The notes under the pieces: model-generated
The model's database searches: none
What the model saw: the letters and a program-made list of their open reading frames with translations, nothing else
Told to the model about the DNA's origin: nothing
Source: an uncultured Anaerolineaceae bacterium
Lineage (GTDB): Bacteria; Chloroflexota; Dehalococcoidia; Tepidiformales; Tepidiformaceae
DNA length: 64,000 nt
Direction: 5' to 3'
NCBI GenBank assembly: GCA_964470735.1
Contig: CAYYDX010000003.1
Coordinates: 9,319 to 73,318, forward strand
Made by a program: the position numbers and the translations under genes
In this document: positions 1 through 7,557 of the stretch, in pieces
Layout of the letters: each line of letters starts with the position of its first letter
Numbering within the stretch: the first letter of the stretch is position 1

Positions 1-214
1 TGCGTGTGGCCGGGGCCGCGGTCCGCTGCGGCATCTCCACAATCTCAGCCTGCCCGGTGGCCGCCCCGAGCGGTGGCAACTCCGCGACCGTCCCGCCGAG
101 GATGGCGCGCGTTATTGCATTGGATGGCTCGACCCATGCGTTGCCGCCCGTCGCATCCTGTTGCGAACGCAGGCGCGCGACCAGACCGTTCAGCCAGCGG
201 AACATCCATGCCAT
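1..214 (-). CDS. Possible partial CDS (N-terminal 71 codons, continues beyond left edge), unknown function
   Basis: Open frame from ATG (revcomp of 212-214) to the window edge: MAWMFRWLNGLVARLRSQQDATGGNAWVEPSNAITRAILGG... It has strong GC3 bias and a more protein-like composition than the Cys/Arg/Pro-rich plus-strand frame sharing the same third positions. No Shine-Dalgarno seen and no family recognised. Confidence 0.25.
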   Translation of the reverse strand, partial: MAWMFRWLNGLVARLRSQQDATGGNAWVEPSNAITRAILGGTVAELPPLGAATGQAEIVEMPQRTAAPATR

Positions 215-278
215 GGGAGGTAGACAATAACTTTGGTATTCACCTAATGGCAACCGCTCATTTACCTGCGCCATTTCC

Positions 279-1055
279 TCAGGCTCGAGAGAGGAAGTCC
301 AGCACCACCCGGTTCCACTCGCCCGCGCGTTCGAAATAGCACGAGTGCCCGGCGCCTTTCACCTCGTAGTACTCGGCGCCGGGTATCAGCCCCTGCGCCT
401 CGCGGATCATTTCCGGCGAGGTGATCATGTCGTGCTCGCCGACGATGTAGAGCACAGGCACGTGGAGGTTCGCAATCATCTCGTGTGTGCTCCCGCGGTA
501 CGTGGCAGGCGGACGCCCGAGCAAGCCCTTCGGCCGCGGCGGGTTGACCGCGTTGAGTTGGCGGTACAGCACCGCGAGGCCCGGGTTCGCTTCCTCGAAG
601 CCCTGCGCTAGCGCGTGTTCTCGCAGACCGCCGTCGCCGCGCTCTTCCTTTAGTTCGTCCTGCAGTTCGCGAACCCGGTCATTCGTCGCTCCCGCGGTCG
701 TCCCGCAGAGCACTACGGAGCGAATCCTCCCGGGCGCCAGGCGCGTGAGCCCGGCCACCGCTCGCCCGCCCATCGACTGCGCGACGATGTGCGCTTGCTC
801 GATGCCGAGGTGATCCAGCAGGGCGACAAGATCGGTCCCCAGCGAAAACCGGCCGACTGCCATGTTTCCGCTCGAAAGCCCCCAGCCACGGGCATCGAAG
901 GTGGTGCAGCGATAGGTGCGCGAAAACTCCGCCACCTGCTGCCACCACATCAGGTGGTTCCCGCCGGCGCCGTGGAGGAAGATGACGTCCGGACCGGCGC
1001 CGGTCTGCTGGTAGTAGATGCGGGCGGCGTTGACGCGGGCGTACGGCACGACCAA
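279..1055 (-). CDS. Alpha/beta-fold hydrolase
   Basis: The C-terminal 258 aa of ORF 279..1535 read as an alpha/beta hydrolase: HGAGGN oxyanion region, nucleophile elbow AQSMGG, C-terminal GAGHSCYFE. The N-terminal 160 aa of the ORF are Arg/Ser-rich and overlap the upstream monooxygenase gene, so the start is trimmed to TTG 1055 or GTG 1049 (uncertain). Confidence 0.85.
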   Translation of the reverse strand: MVVPYARVNAARIYYQQTGAGPDVIFLHGAGGNHLMWWQQVAEFSRTYRCTTFDARGWGLSSGNMAVGRFSLGTDLVALLDHLGIEQAHIVAQSMGGRAVAGLTRLAPGRIRSVVLCGTTAGATNDRVRELQDELKEERGDGGLREHALAQGFEEANPGLAVLYRQLNAVNPPRPKGLLGRPPATYRGSTHEMIANLHVPVLYIVGEHDMITSPEMIREAQGLIPGAEYYEVKGAGHSCYFERAGEWNRVVLDFLSRA

Positions 1056-1092
1056 GAGTCTACCGCAGGCGCCCCGGTTCCCGCCGCCGGCC

Positions 1093-2286
1093 CTACGTGT
1101 TCCCGCGCTGCATCCGGCCGAGCATCGCTTCGGGGAGCGCAACGCCACCGTCGACGAACGCTTTCCCGATTGCCGCGGCGTTTGGCCCGAAGATCGTCGT
1201 CCGGTTCCCGGCCACGAAGCCGTGGCTGCCCTCAATGCGTCCAAGCTGGCTCTGGAACTTCGGCGCAACGAAGCGCGCCCAGAGTTCGTAGCTGTGCTTC
1301 GTCTTCTCCCACGAAGCCCACTCGTGCGCGAGTCCCAGCACAGCGCCGAAACCGCCGCTGAGTTCCTGCATCCGTTCGATCGCTGCGATGGCATCGTCTG
1401 GTGAGCCCACGATGGCGCCGCCGCGGGCAACCTGCGAGGCCATGTCGCCGGGGATCGAAGGGTCCGCCGGCCGTCCCAGCGTGTCTTCGAAGTAGTCCTT
1501 GTTGAAGCGCTGATTCGCGAGGTCGACATCCGCAATCGCCTCCTCGCGGCTGTCGGCGAGGTGAATCGGGATGACCAGCCGCCAATCGTCGCGGCTGATC
1601 TCCTGGCCCGCCTTCTCGGCGGCTTCGGCCGCCATCTCCCACGTCTTCGCCAGGGAAATCAACCCGCCGGGCTGCGAGACCGCGACCGACAGGACGCCCA
1701 CGCCGTGCCGGCCCGCGGTCTGCGGCCCCGCTGGAGAGAATGTCGACGCGACCGCGACCGGCATGTGGGGGTAGGTGTAGGGCGCCAGTTGGAGGCGCGC
1801 TTCCTTCATCGTGAACCAGTCCGACGCGTGCGTGACCGTCTCGCCCCTGAACAGCCGCAGGATGACGCCGAGCGCCTCGTCCATGCGTTGCCGCTGCGTG
1901 AGGGCGTCGATGCCGAGCATATAGGCGTCGGACGTGAGCGCCCCCGGGCCAACCCCGAACATCGCGCGGCCCCGGGTCATGTGGTCGAGTTGCACCATCC
2001 GGTCCGCCAGGATGAACGGGTGATGGTACGGCAGTGAACTCACGCCCGTGCCGAGTTTGATGCTTCGTGTCCGCTGCGCCGCCGCCGCGATCATCAACTC
2101 GGGCGACGCGATGATCTCCCAGCCGGCGCTGTGGTGTTCGCCAATCCATGCCTCGTCGAAATCGAGCTTGTCGAGGTGTTCGATCAGTTCGAGGTCCCGA
2201 TCGAGGGCGACGGTCGGGTTCTCGCCGACGCGATGGAACGGCGCGAGAAAGATGCCGAAGCGCATCCGGGCAGGCTGGTAGGTCAT
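1093..2286 (-). CDS. Luciferase-like (LLM class) flavin/F420-dependent monooxygenase
   Basis: 397 aa. N-terminus MRFGIFLAPFH...DEAWIGEHHS and the overall pattern are typical of the bacterial luciferase family. GGAGGGA lies 5 nt upstream of the ATG. Confidence 0.9.
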   Translation of the reverse strand: MTYQPARMRFGIFLAPFHRVGENPTVALDRDLELIEHLDKLDFDEAWIGEHHSAGWEIIASPELMIAAAAQRTRSIKLGTGVSSLPYHHPFILADRMVQLDHMTRGRAMFGVGPGALTSDAYMLGIDALTQRQRMDEALGVILRLFRGETVTHASDWFTMKEARLQLAPYTYPHMPVAVASTFSPAGPQTAGRHGVGVLSVAVSQPGGLISLAKTWEMAAEAAEKAGQEISRDDWRLVIPIHLADSREEAIADVDLANQRFNKDYFEDTLGRPADPSIPGDMASQVARGGAIVGSPDDAIAAIERMQELSGGFGAVLGLAHEWASWEKTKHSYELWARFVAPKFQSQLGRIEGSHGFVAGNRTTIFGPNAAAIGKAFVDGGVALPEAMLGRMQRGNT

Positions 2287-2346
2287 GGGGTCCCTCCGAT
2301 GTTCCTTAGCTCGCGGCGAAATATACGCGCTTCCGTGCCTCGCGTA

Positions 2347-2664
2347 TCAGTCCTCCTGCCGGGCCGCGGGCCGCTTCAGATAAAACCTGTCGCCGGCCAC
2401 CGCGGTCAGTTCCCAGCCGGCGGCGCCGAGCGCGCCAAGTGCCAGCATGGTCGATGCCTTGAGTGTCCGGCGCTCAGGCGCTTGGAGGAAGCTGGACGGC
2501 GCGATCGTGAGCCTGCAGCGCCGCCGTCGCGTCTTCCGGAGCACCGCGACTTCCCACGCTGCGTTCGCGTTGGTGGCGTTGGTGAACGGCGCGATGGAAG
2601 ACTCACGCAGCGGCGGAACCAGGGCTTCGAGTCCCTGTCCAAGACCAGTTCGGGGACGGGGCAT
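2347..2664 (-). CDS. Small protein: ParB/Spo0J-like N-terminal GLGxGLxAL peptide plus DUF4177-like C-terminal domain
   Basis: 105 aa with good GC3 bias and AAGAGG 13-18 nt upstream. The N-terminus is MPRPRTGLGQGLEALVPP. The C-terminal WEVAVLR...LGALGAAGWELTAVAGDRFYLKRP matches my recollection of DUF4177 (WEY..., GWELV..., KR). Confidence 0.6.
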   Translation of the reverse strand: MPRPRTGLGQGLEALVPPLRESSIAPFTNATNANAAWEVAVLRKTRRRRCRLTIAPSSFLQAPERRTLKASTMLALGALGAAGWELTAVAGDRFYLKRPAARQED

Positions 2665-2809
2665 AAAGGGGGCGCAACCTCTTGATTTAGGGCCGAACTA
2701 TCCCCGCGCCGGGAGTCTCGCGCAATCTGCTTCGGGTCTTCCGTTTACCCCGATTTTGCATTCGGTGTGGCTGATGATGCGGCGCCTCCGGGCCGATACA
2801 TCAAACGTA

Positions 2810-2829
2810 GGGTTCCGTCTTCGGAACCC
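2810..2829 (+). other. Perfect 8-bp stem / 4-nt loop hairpin next to the DUF192 ribosome-binding site
   Basis: gggttccg-tctt-cggaaccc sits directly before GGGGAG (2831-2836) and ATG 2843. No U-tract, so it is not a classical terminator. Confidence 0.3.
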
Positions 2830-2842
2830 CGGGGAGTGTCGC

Positions 2843-3202
2843 ATGGTCAGCGTTGCGGTCGCCGGAAAGGGTGTGGTCGCCACCGATGTTCGCCCCGCCC
2901 ACGGCGTGCTCAGCCGGACACGCGGACTGATGTTCCGCGGACACCTCGAGGACGGCGAAGCGCTGGACATCCGGCCCTGTGGCTCCATCCACATGATGTT
3001 CATGCGATTCCCCATCGACGCCATCTTCTACGACGCCGCCAACCGCGTAACGAAGGTGGCACAGAACGTTCGGCCGTGGACCGGAGTAGCACTTGGCGGA
3101 AAAGGCGCGAAGGGTGTCATCGAAATGCGCGCCGGTACCGCCGCCGCCGTGCAACCGGGCGACCTGCTCCAGTTTGTCGATTCGAAACAGGGTACTCCCT
3201 GA
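2843..3202 (+). CDS. DUF192 domain protein
   Basis: C-terminal 119 aa of ORF 2447..3202. RGLMFRG...GSIHMMFMRFPIDAIFYD...VIEMRAG is the DUF192/COG1430 pattern. The start is ATG 2843 with a GGGGAG RBS; the upstream part of the ORF is antisense to the DUF4177 gene. Confidence 0.85.
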   Translation: MVSVAVAGKGVVATDVRPAHGVLSRTRGLMFRGHLEDGEALDIRPCGSIHMMFMRFPIDAIFYDAANRVTKVAQNVRPWTGVALGGKGAKGVIEMRAGTAAAVQPGDLLQFVDSKQGTP

Positions 3203-3261
3203 GCGAAGTCCGACGGTCTCCCGCCTGATACTGGGCGGGGACGTTGAAGTGAGGTGTGAGG

Positions 3262-4260
3262 ATGCCGCCAGGCAAGGGGTTCTACGGTCCGAAGTACCGG
3301 GAGAGTGGCTCGAAAGACAGGCGCCTTACGCCGCTCTACCTGCTCGCGGCCGTGCCGCTGCTTGCTGTGTTCGCTTTCGTCGGCAAGTGCGCCTTCGGCG
3401 GTGGCGGCGAAGTCACGCCGGATTCTGGCGCCAGCAACTCACAAGCACAGACCACGGACAAACCAAAGCCCACGGAACTGCCGAAGGTCGCCCCGACGCG
3501 TGACCCTGCGAAGAAGGTCGCGGGCGCCAACGAAGGCGCCGGGACAATCCCGCAGAACGCCGCCAAGCCGGATATCAAGGAATACCTCATTGCCGGTGGT
3601 AAGCGCTTCAAGCTGCCCCTGAGCGTCCACTCCGGCGTCGAAGACTACTTTGGCAGCGCCCGCGCCGACGGCAAGGTTCATACAGGCGTCGACTTCTCGC
3701 TCACGGGCCTGAAGAACGTGCCGGTGGAGTCGCCCTGCGAAGGCGTCGTCGCCGAAGTAGGCAACAACGAGACGCTCGGGACCCACGTCATCGTCGACTG
3801 CGGTGGCAACTTCAAGGCCGTCGTTGGCTGGCTCGCCAGCACCCGCGTCGGCAATGGCAACAACGTCTCGAAGTCGACCGCGGTAGGCATGGGCGAAGAC
3901 GACGGCTTCGTCCACGTGGAATTGCGCTACAGGGACGTCCCGCTCGATCCAAAGGACTTTATGCAGATTCCCGGCAAGGAAGTCATCCCCTGGACACCGA
4001 CGGCGACTCCGACCCTCCGCCCCGGAGAGACTCCGACTCCGGAGCCGACCGACACGCCCACGCCCGATTCCTCCACCCCGAGCGACCCGGGCGAGACGAC
4101 GGAGCCGCCGACGTCGACCGCAGTGCCGACCGACACGCCGACACCAGGCCCACCGACGGCCACCCCGACCATCACCCCGACCCCAACGCGCACGCCCATG
4201 CCGACGCGCACGCCCGTGCCGCCGCGCAACACGCCGACCCCGCTCCCGCGGGCGCAGTAA
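3262..4260 (+). CDS. Secreted/membrane-anchored M23 family metallopeptidase with Pro/Thr-rich C-terminal tail
   Basis: N-terminal hydrophobic segment LYLLAAVPLLAVFAFVG. M23 signature region: KVHTGVDFS...GVVAEVGNNETLGTHVIVDCGG...FVHVELRY. The start is ATG 3262 (GTG 3256 also possible). Confidence 0.85.
   Translation: MPPGKGFYGPKYRESGSKDRRLTPLYLLAAVPLLAVFAFVGKCAFGGGGEVTPDSGASNSQAQTTDKPKPTELPKVAPTRDPAKKVAGANEGAGTIPQNAAKPDIKEYLIAGGKRFKLPLSVHSGVEDYFGSARADGKVHTGVDFSLTGLKNVPVESPCEGVVAEVGNNETLGTHVIVDCGGNFKAVVGWLASTRVGNGNNVSKSTAVGMGEDDGFVHVELRYRDVPLDPKDFMQIPGKEVIPWTPTATPTLRPGETPTPEPTDTPTPDSSTPSDPGETTEPPTSTAVPTDTPTPGPPTATPTITPTPTRTPMPTRTPVPPRNTPTPLPRAQ
3994..4257 (+). repeat. Low-complexity Pro/Thr-rich coding repeat (linker/tail of M23 peptidase)
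   Basis: About 88 codons dominated by TP/PT dipeptides: TPTATPTLRPGETPTPEPTDTPTPDSSTPSDPGETTEPPTSTAVPTDTPTPGPPTATPTITPTPTRTPMPTRTPVPPRNTPTP. Confidence 0.9.
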
Positions 4261-4316
4261 CCACCGCGAAGGCGGGCAGGCTTGCCTGCTCGCCTTCTTG
4301 CTTCCACGATCGTCCC

Positions 4317-4607
4317 ATGGCCCTTTACGAATACCTCTGTCCCTCATGCGGAACCCGCACCGACAAGCGGATGCCGATGTCCGACGTTTTGCAGACCATC
4401 CCCTGCCCAAAGTGTGGCAAGCAGGCGAAGAAGACCATGGGCAACTGGGCGGTTGTTGGTGTCGCCCAGGCGTCGGTCGGCGATGGTCCGGCCCCGTGGG
4501 ATAGCGACGGGGGAGACGATGATGGTGGACCTGGCGATCTCGCCGGCGGCGCCGACCCCTTCGGCGGCCACGGCCACTCGCACGGTCCAGGCGGACATTC
4601 ACACTGA
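4317..4607 (+). CDS. FmdB-family zinc-ribbon protein (CxxC...CxxC)
   Basis: MALYEYLCPSCG...IPCPKCG followed by a Gly/Asp/His-rich tail. This is the canonical FmdB putative-regulatory zinc-ribbon layout. Confidence 0.85.
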   Translation: MALYEYLCPSCGTRTDKRMPMSDVLQTIPCPKCGKQAKKTMGNWAVVGVAQASVGDGPAPWDSDGGDDDGGPGDLAGGADPFGGHGHSHGPGGHSH

Positions 4608-4611
4608 TACC

Positions 4612-5265
4612 GTGACCACGCGTTACTTCGAACCTGGCGAGGACGTCGTACTTCGGTACATAACGCGATTCGGCAGTGGCGTCGGCATGACCTGGCCGTT
4701 CCGGGTCGTCCACGACGACGGCGACCTGACCGCGCTCTACATCCCGGCCGGTGCAACCTTCATGCGCTGGCAGCCGACCACGCAGGGTGGCCGCGAGCTT
4801 GCCGAAGGTGAATGGCGCCGCGACGTCCTCCGGCTGATGTTCCCGGGGCGGCAGTATTCGGTCTGGCTCTTCTGGTCTGCTGGCGCGCACGAGTTCGCGA
4901 ACTATTACGTGAACTTCGAAGAACCGTTCCGCCGGACACCCGTCGGCTTCGACACAAATGATCACGCGCTCGACATCATGGTCGCGCCCGACTTCTCCTG
5001 GCGCTGGAAAGACCGCGAGGAGTTCGAGACGCTTGTCTCCGGTGGCCAGTTCTCGGAGGAGTTCGGCGCCAGCGTCGAGGATGCCGCGCGCGGCGCCATC
5101 GGCCTCATTGATGCTCGCGGTGTGCCCTTTGACGGCTCGTGGCCGAAGTGGTCGCCGCCGGCTCACTGGTCCACGCCCCGGCTCGATCCCCGCTGGCGCG
5201 ATGAACCGCCCGTACCGTGGGAACGGCGCGAATGGGCCTACCCGCTCGCCACTGCCGCGCGATAG
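4612..5265 (+). CDS. DUF402 domain protein (FomD-like nucleoside diphosphatase family)
   Basis: YFEPGEDVVLRY...WPFRVVHDDGDLTALYIPAG...YYVNFEEP...TNDHALDIMV is the typical DUF402 pattern. GTG 4612 starts 5 nt after the FmdB stop. The alternative ATG 4519 would overlap FmdB by 89 nt and add a low-complexity extension. Confidence 0.8.
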   Translation: MTTRYFEPGEDVVLRYITRFGSGVGMTWPFRVVHDDGDLTALYIPAGATFMRWQPTTQGGRELAEGEWRRDVLRLMFPGRQYSVWLFWSAGAHEFANYYVNFEEPFRRTPVGFDTNDHALDIMVAPDFSWRWKDREEFETLVSGGQFSEEFGASVEDAARGAIGLIDARGVPFDGSWPKWSPPAHWSTPRLDPRWRDEPPVPWERREWAYPLATAAR

Positions 5266-5271
5266 CCGGCC

Positions 5272-6789
5272 TTACTGGTCGGCGTCCACCCACGTGAGCA
5301 AGTCCGCCGACTCCATCCCGTCTGGTGCGCCGATGAAGAGCATGTCGAACGTCCCCGAAGCGCCCGGCCCCAGTGTCGATGGCTCGGTAAACGTGAAATC
5401 GGCACGAATCACCGTTCCCGACCCATCGACGAACGCGCCAATCGGCTTCACGTAGGTGTAGGTCAGACCAGAGGTATTCGTCACCGTCCCCACGACGTGC
5501 ACGGTCCCGATGATGTTCCGGTAGACGTTTGACACTACGATGCTGAGCCCGCTGACCGGCGGGTCGAACGGCGTCGTGTCGTAGTCAGTCACGAGGACGT
5601 TGACGCTCGTAATCCCGCCCGGCGGGTCGATGAGCAGGATGGTGAACGGCGATGTCCCGCCCGCCGGGATGGTCTCGATCTCGGTGTAGCTGAAGTCGGT
5701 TGCCAGCAATTGCCCTCCAGGCCCATAGAAGTTCGCGGTCACCTTCGCGAACCCAACCGGTCCGCTCGTCCCGTTCCGGACAAGCCCTTCGACGTAGACG
5801 GTTCCTGTGTACTCGGAGACATACCACGTCGCGCCGTACGCCTGCACTCCCGATGAAGGTATGGCCGTTGGCGCCTGTGTCGGACTCTTCGTCGCCGTCG
5901 CTACCGCGGTCGGCGTCGCCGGCGTGGGGGTCGGCGGCGCCTGGCCCGGCGCGGAATCCGCGGCCAGCGCTATCGCCCGTGCCCGCGGTGTCGTCGGCGG
6001 CAGTGGTCCCGTCGTTGGCGTTGCCGGCGCGCCGCCAGGGTAGGCCGATTGCATTCCCGTGATGTCGTCGGCGGTGAGCGCTCGCTTACTCGTCCCGTTC
6101 TTGAGAGTCGGGAACATCACCGCCGCTGCATCGTTCGAATGCCCGAGGCCCGCCGCGTGACCGAGTTCATGAAGCACCGTGGAGGCCAGGTCGTACTTGC
6201 CAGCCGGCGGCGGGTTGGCCGTCGACCACGTATCCGCGTCGGAGTCGAGTTCCATGTCGAACTCAACGAGTTTGGCGTTCGGCCCCTGGCTCACGCTCCA
6301 CACCGTGCATGTCCGGCCAAGCGTCACTCCCGTCAGTGGTTCGAACTTGATCGTGTTCTGCCCGTCCGTGTCGATCGCGTCTCCGCACGAACCGACTCCG
6401 CCCGAAGACGTCCCGTCCCAGCCATAGCTGAAGGTCGAGGGCGTAACCGCGTTCCAGGTGTTCGTCGCGTTCTGGATGATCGCCGCCATGCCGTAGTCTG
6501 CTGGCTGGCCCGCGGGGTTGAATCGCACTGAAATCGGCATCGAACTCGCCGCCCAGCGGTGTGCATTCACCACGTACTGCGCCGACACTGTCGACTCTTC
6601 GCGGTCGACCGCCACCGAACCGTCGTCGCTCAGCGTCAGCGTGTGCCTTACGACCACGAACACGCCGTCGCCCGCTGCCGCATTCTCCGGGCGTGCCGCC
6701 GCAACCACGGCAATCCCGGCCGCGAGCACGGCAAAAGCGAACAACCACGCGGGCCACGTGCGGAGGCGGCGATTCTCCCGTGTCCTCAT
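5272..6789 (-). CDS. Secreted matrixin-like (M10) zinc metalloprotease with P/T linker and two C-terminal beta-sandwich (FxLYD-like) repeats
   Basis: Signal-like N-terminus RTWPAWLFAFAVLAAGIAVVAAA. Zinc site HELGHAAGLGHS followed by a Met-turn (AAVMFP). A Pro/Thr-rich linker is followed by two ~90-aa repeats of similar pattern. Confidence 0.85.
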   Translation of the reverse strand: MRTRENRRLRTWPAWLFAFAVLAAGIAVVAAARPENAAAGDGVFVVVRHTLTLSDDGSVAVDREESTVSAQYVVNAHRWAASSMPISVRFNPAGQPADYGMAAIIQNATNTWNAVTPSTFSYGWDGTSSGGVGSCGDAIDTDGQNTIKFEPLTGVTLGRTCTVWSVSQGPNAKLVEFDMELDSDADTWSTANPPPAGKYDLASTVLHELGHAAGLGHSNDAAAVMFPTLKNGTSKRALTADDITGMQSAYPGGAPATPTTGPLPPTTPRARAIALAADSAPGQAPPTPTPATPTAVATATKSPTQAPTAIPSSGVQAYGATWYVSEYTGTVYVEGLVRNGTSGPVGFAKVTANFYGPGGQLLATDFSYTEIETIPAGGTSPFTILLIDPPGGITSVNVLVTDYDTTPFDPPVSGLSIVVSNVYRNIIGTVHVVGTVTNTSGLTYTYVKPIGAFVDGSGTVIRADFTFTEPSTLGPGASGTFDMLFIGAPDGMESADLLTWVDADQ

Positions 6790-6833
6790 TTCGCGCTAGC
6801 GTGTCAGGTTTTCGCTAACGGTCGAAGACGGAC

Positions 6834-6861
6834 GAAGGCCCGCCGGTGCCGGCGGGCCTTC
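6834..6861 (-). terminator. GC-rich hairpin downstream of the lipoprotein gene (putative terminator)
   Basis: gaaggcccgccgg-tg-ccggcgggccttc has 13-nt complementary arms and starts 24 nt past the stop at 6885. There is no clean U-tract. Confidence 0.55.
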
Positions 6862-6884
6862 GACGTTAGTGAACGCTACCCGGG

Positions 6885-7397
6885 TTATTCGCCGAACGAG
6901 AAGTCGGCGTCCTGGCAGTCCTTGTTCTTGTCGGCAATCTTGGTGAGGCGGTCCGAGGCTTCCTTCGGCGGGTCCGGGAACGGCTCGTCCTGCGTGAAGA
7001 TGTCGGCTTCGAGGTCGCCCTTCTTCAGCGATGCCGCGGCCTCCTTCAGCTTATCGGCAGCCGCATCGTGCCACTCCTTCAGGTCCTTCGGGGGCTTCGC
7101 CTTGGCGAATGCGTTGGAGAAGTCCTCGAAAGGCTCCGCCAGCGACTGCGCGGCCTTCTTCGGGTCCGTGCTGTTGCCCAGGTTCGCCGTGGCCTTCTCG
7201 AGGTCCTTCGAGAACTTGGCCCCCGCCTTGCAGATGTCCGCGACGAACTTCTCGTCGCTGCCGGTGCCACCGCTCGAACTGCTCCCGCTGTCGCCACTGC
7301 CACCATCATCGTCGTCGCCGCCACAGGCCGTGAAGGCCATGGCGCCGATGGCAAGCGTCGCGACACTTGCGTAGAGGATCCACCGTTTCAGATTCAT
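6885..7397 (-). CDS. Lipoprotein, unknown function
   Basis: Signal peptide plus lipobox: MNLKRWILYASVATLAIGAMAFTAC, followed by an Asp/Gly/Ser-rich linker. The mature part is Lys/Ala/Asp-rich and looks helical. No family recognised. Confidence 0.7.
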   Translation of the reverse strand: MNLKRWILYASVATLAIGAMAFTACGGDDDDGGSGDSGSSSSGGTGSDEKFVADICKAGAKFSKDLEKATANLGNSTDPKKAAQSLAEPFEDFSNAFAKAKPPKDLKEWHDAAADKLKEAAASLKKGDLEADIFTQDEPFPDPPKEASDRLTKIADKNKDCQDADFSFGE

Positions 7398-7506
7398 AGG
7401 TTCCCTTCCTTCTTGCTTCCCCGCGCGCGCATTGTGAAGCCACTTTCGGCTTCAGCGCTAGCGGGAGATCCACTACCGACCCGTGCCACACCATGCATCA
7501 ATGCAA

Positions 7507-7534
7507 ACGAGGCGCCCCGGTTGGGGCGCCTCGT
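7507..7534 (-). terminator. Intrinsic terminator of the acyl-CoA dehydrogenase gene
   Basis: acgaggcgcccc-ggtt-ggggcgcctcgt is a 12-bp stem lying 24 nt past the TAG at 7558. On the minus strand it is followed by TTGCATTG. Confidence 0.7.
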
Positions 7535-7557
7535 CGAGGGTTCGTGATTGCCGGAAA

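Noticed and set aside
3439-5166. 575-aa minus-strand ORF spanning the M23, FmdB and DUF402 genes
   Set aside because: The product is extremely Arg/Gly/Pro-rich with no recognisable motif. It runs antisense to three plus-strand genes that all have clear family signatures. This is a typical stop-poor antisense frame in high-GC DNA.
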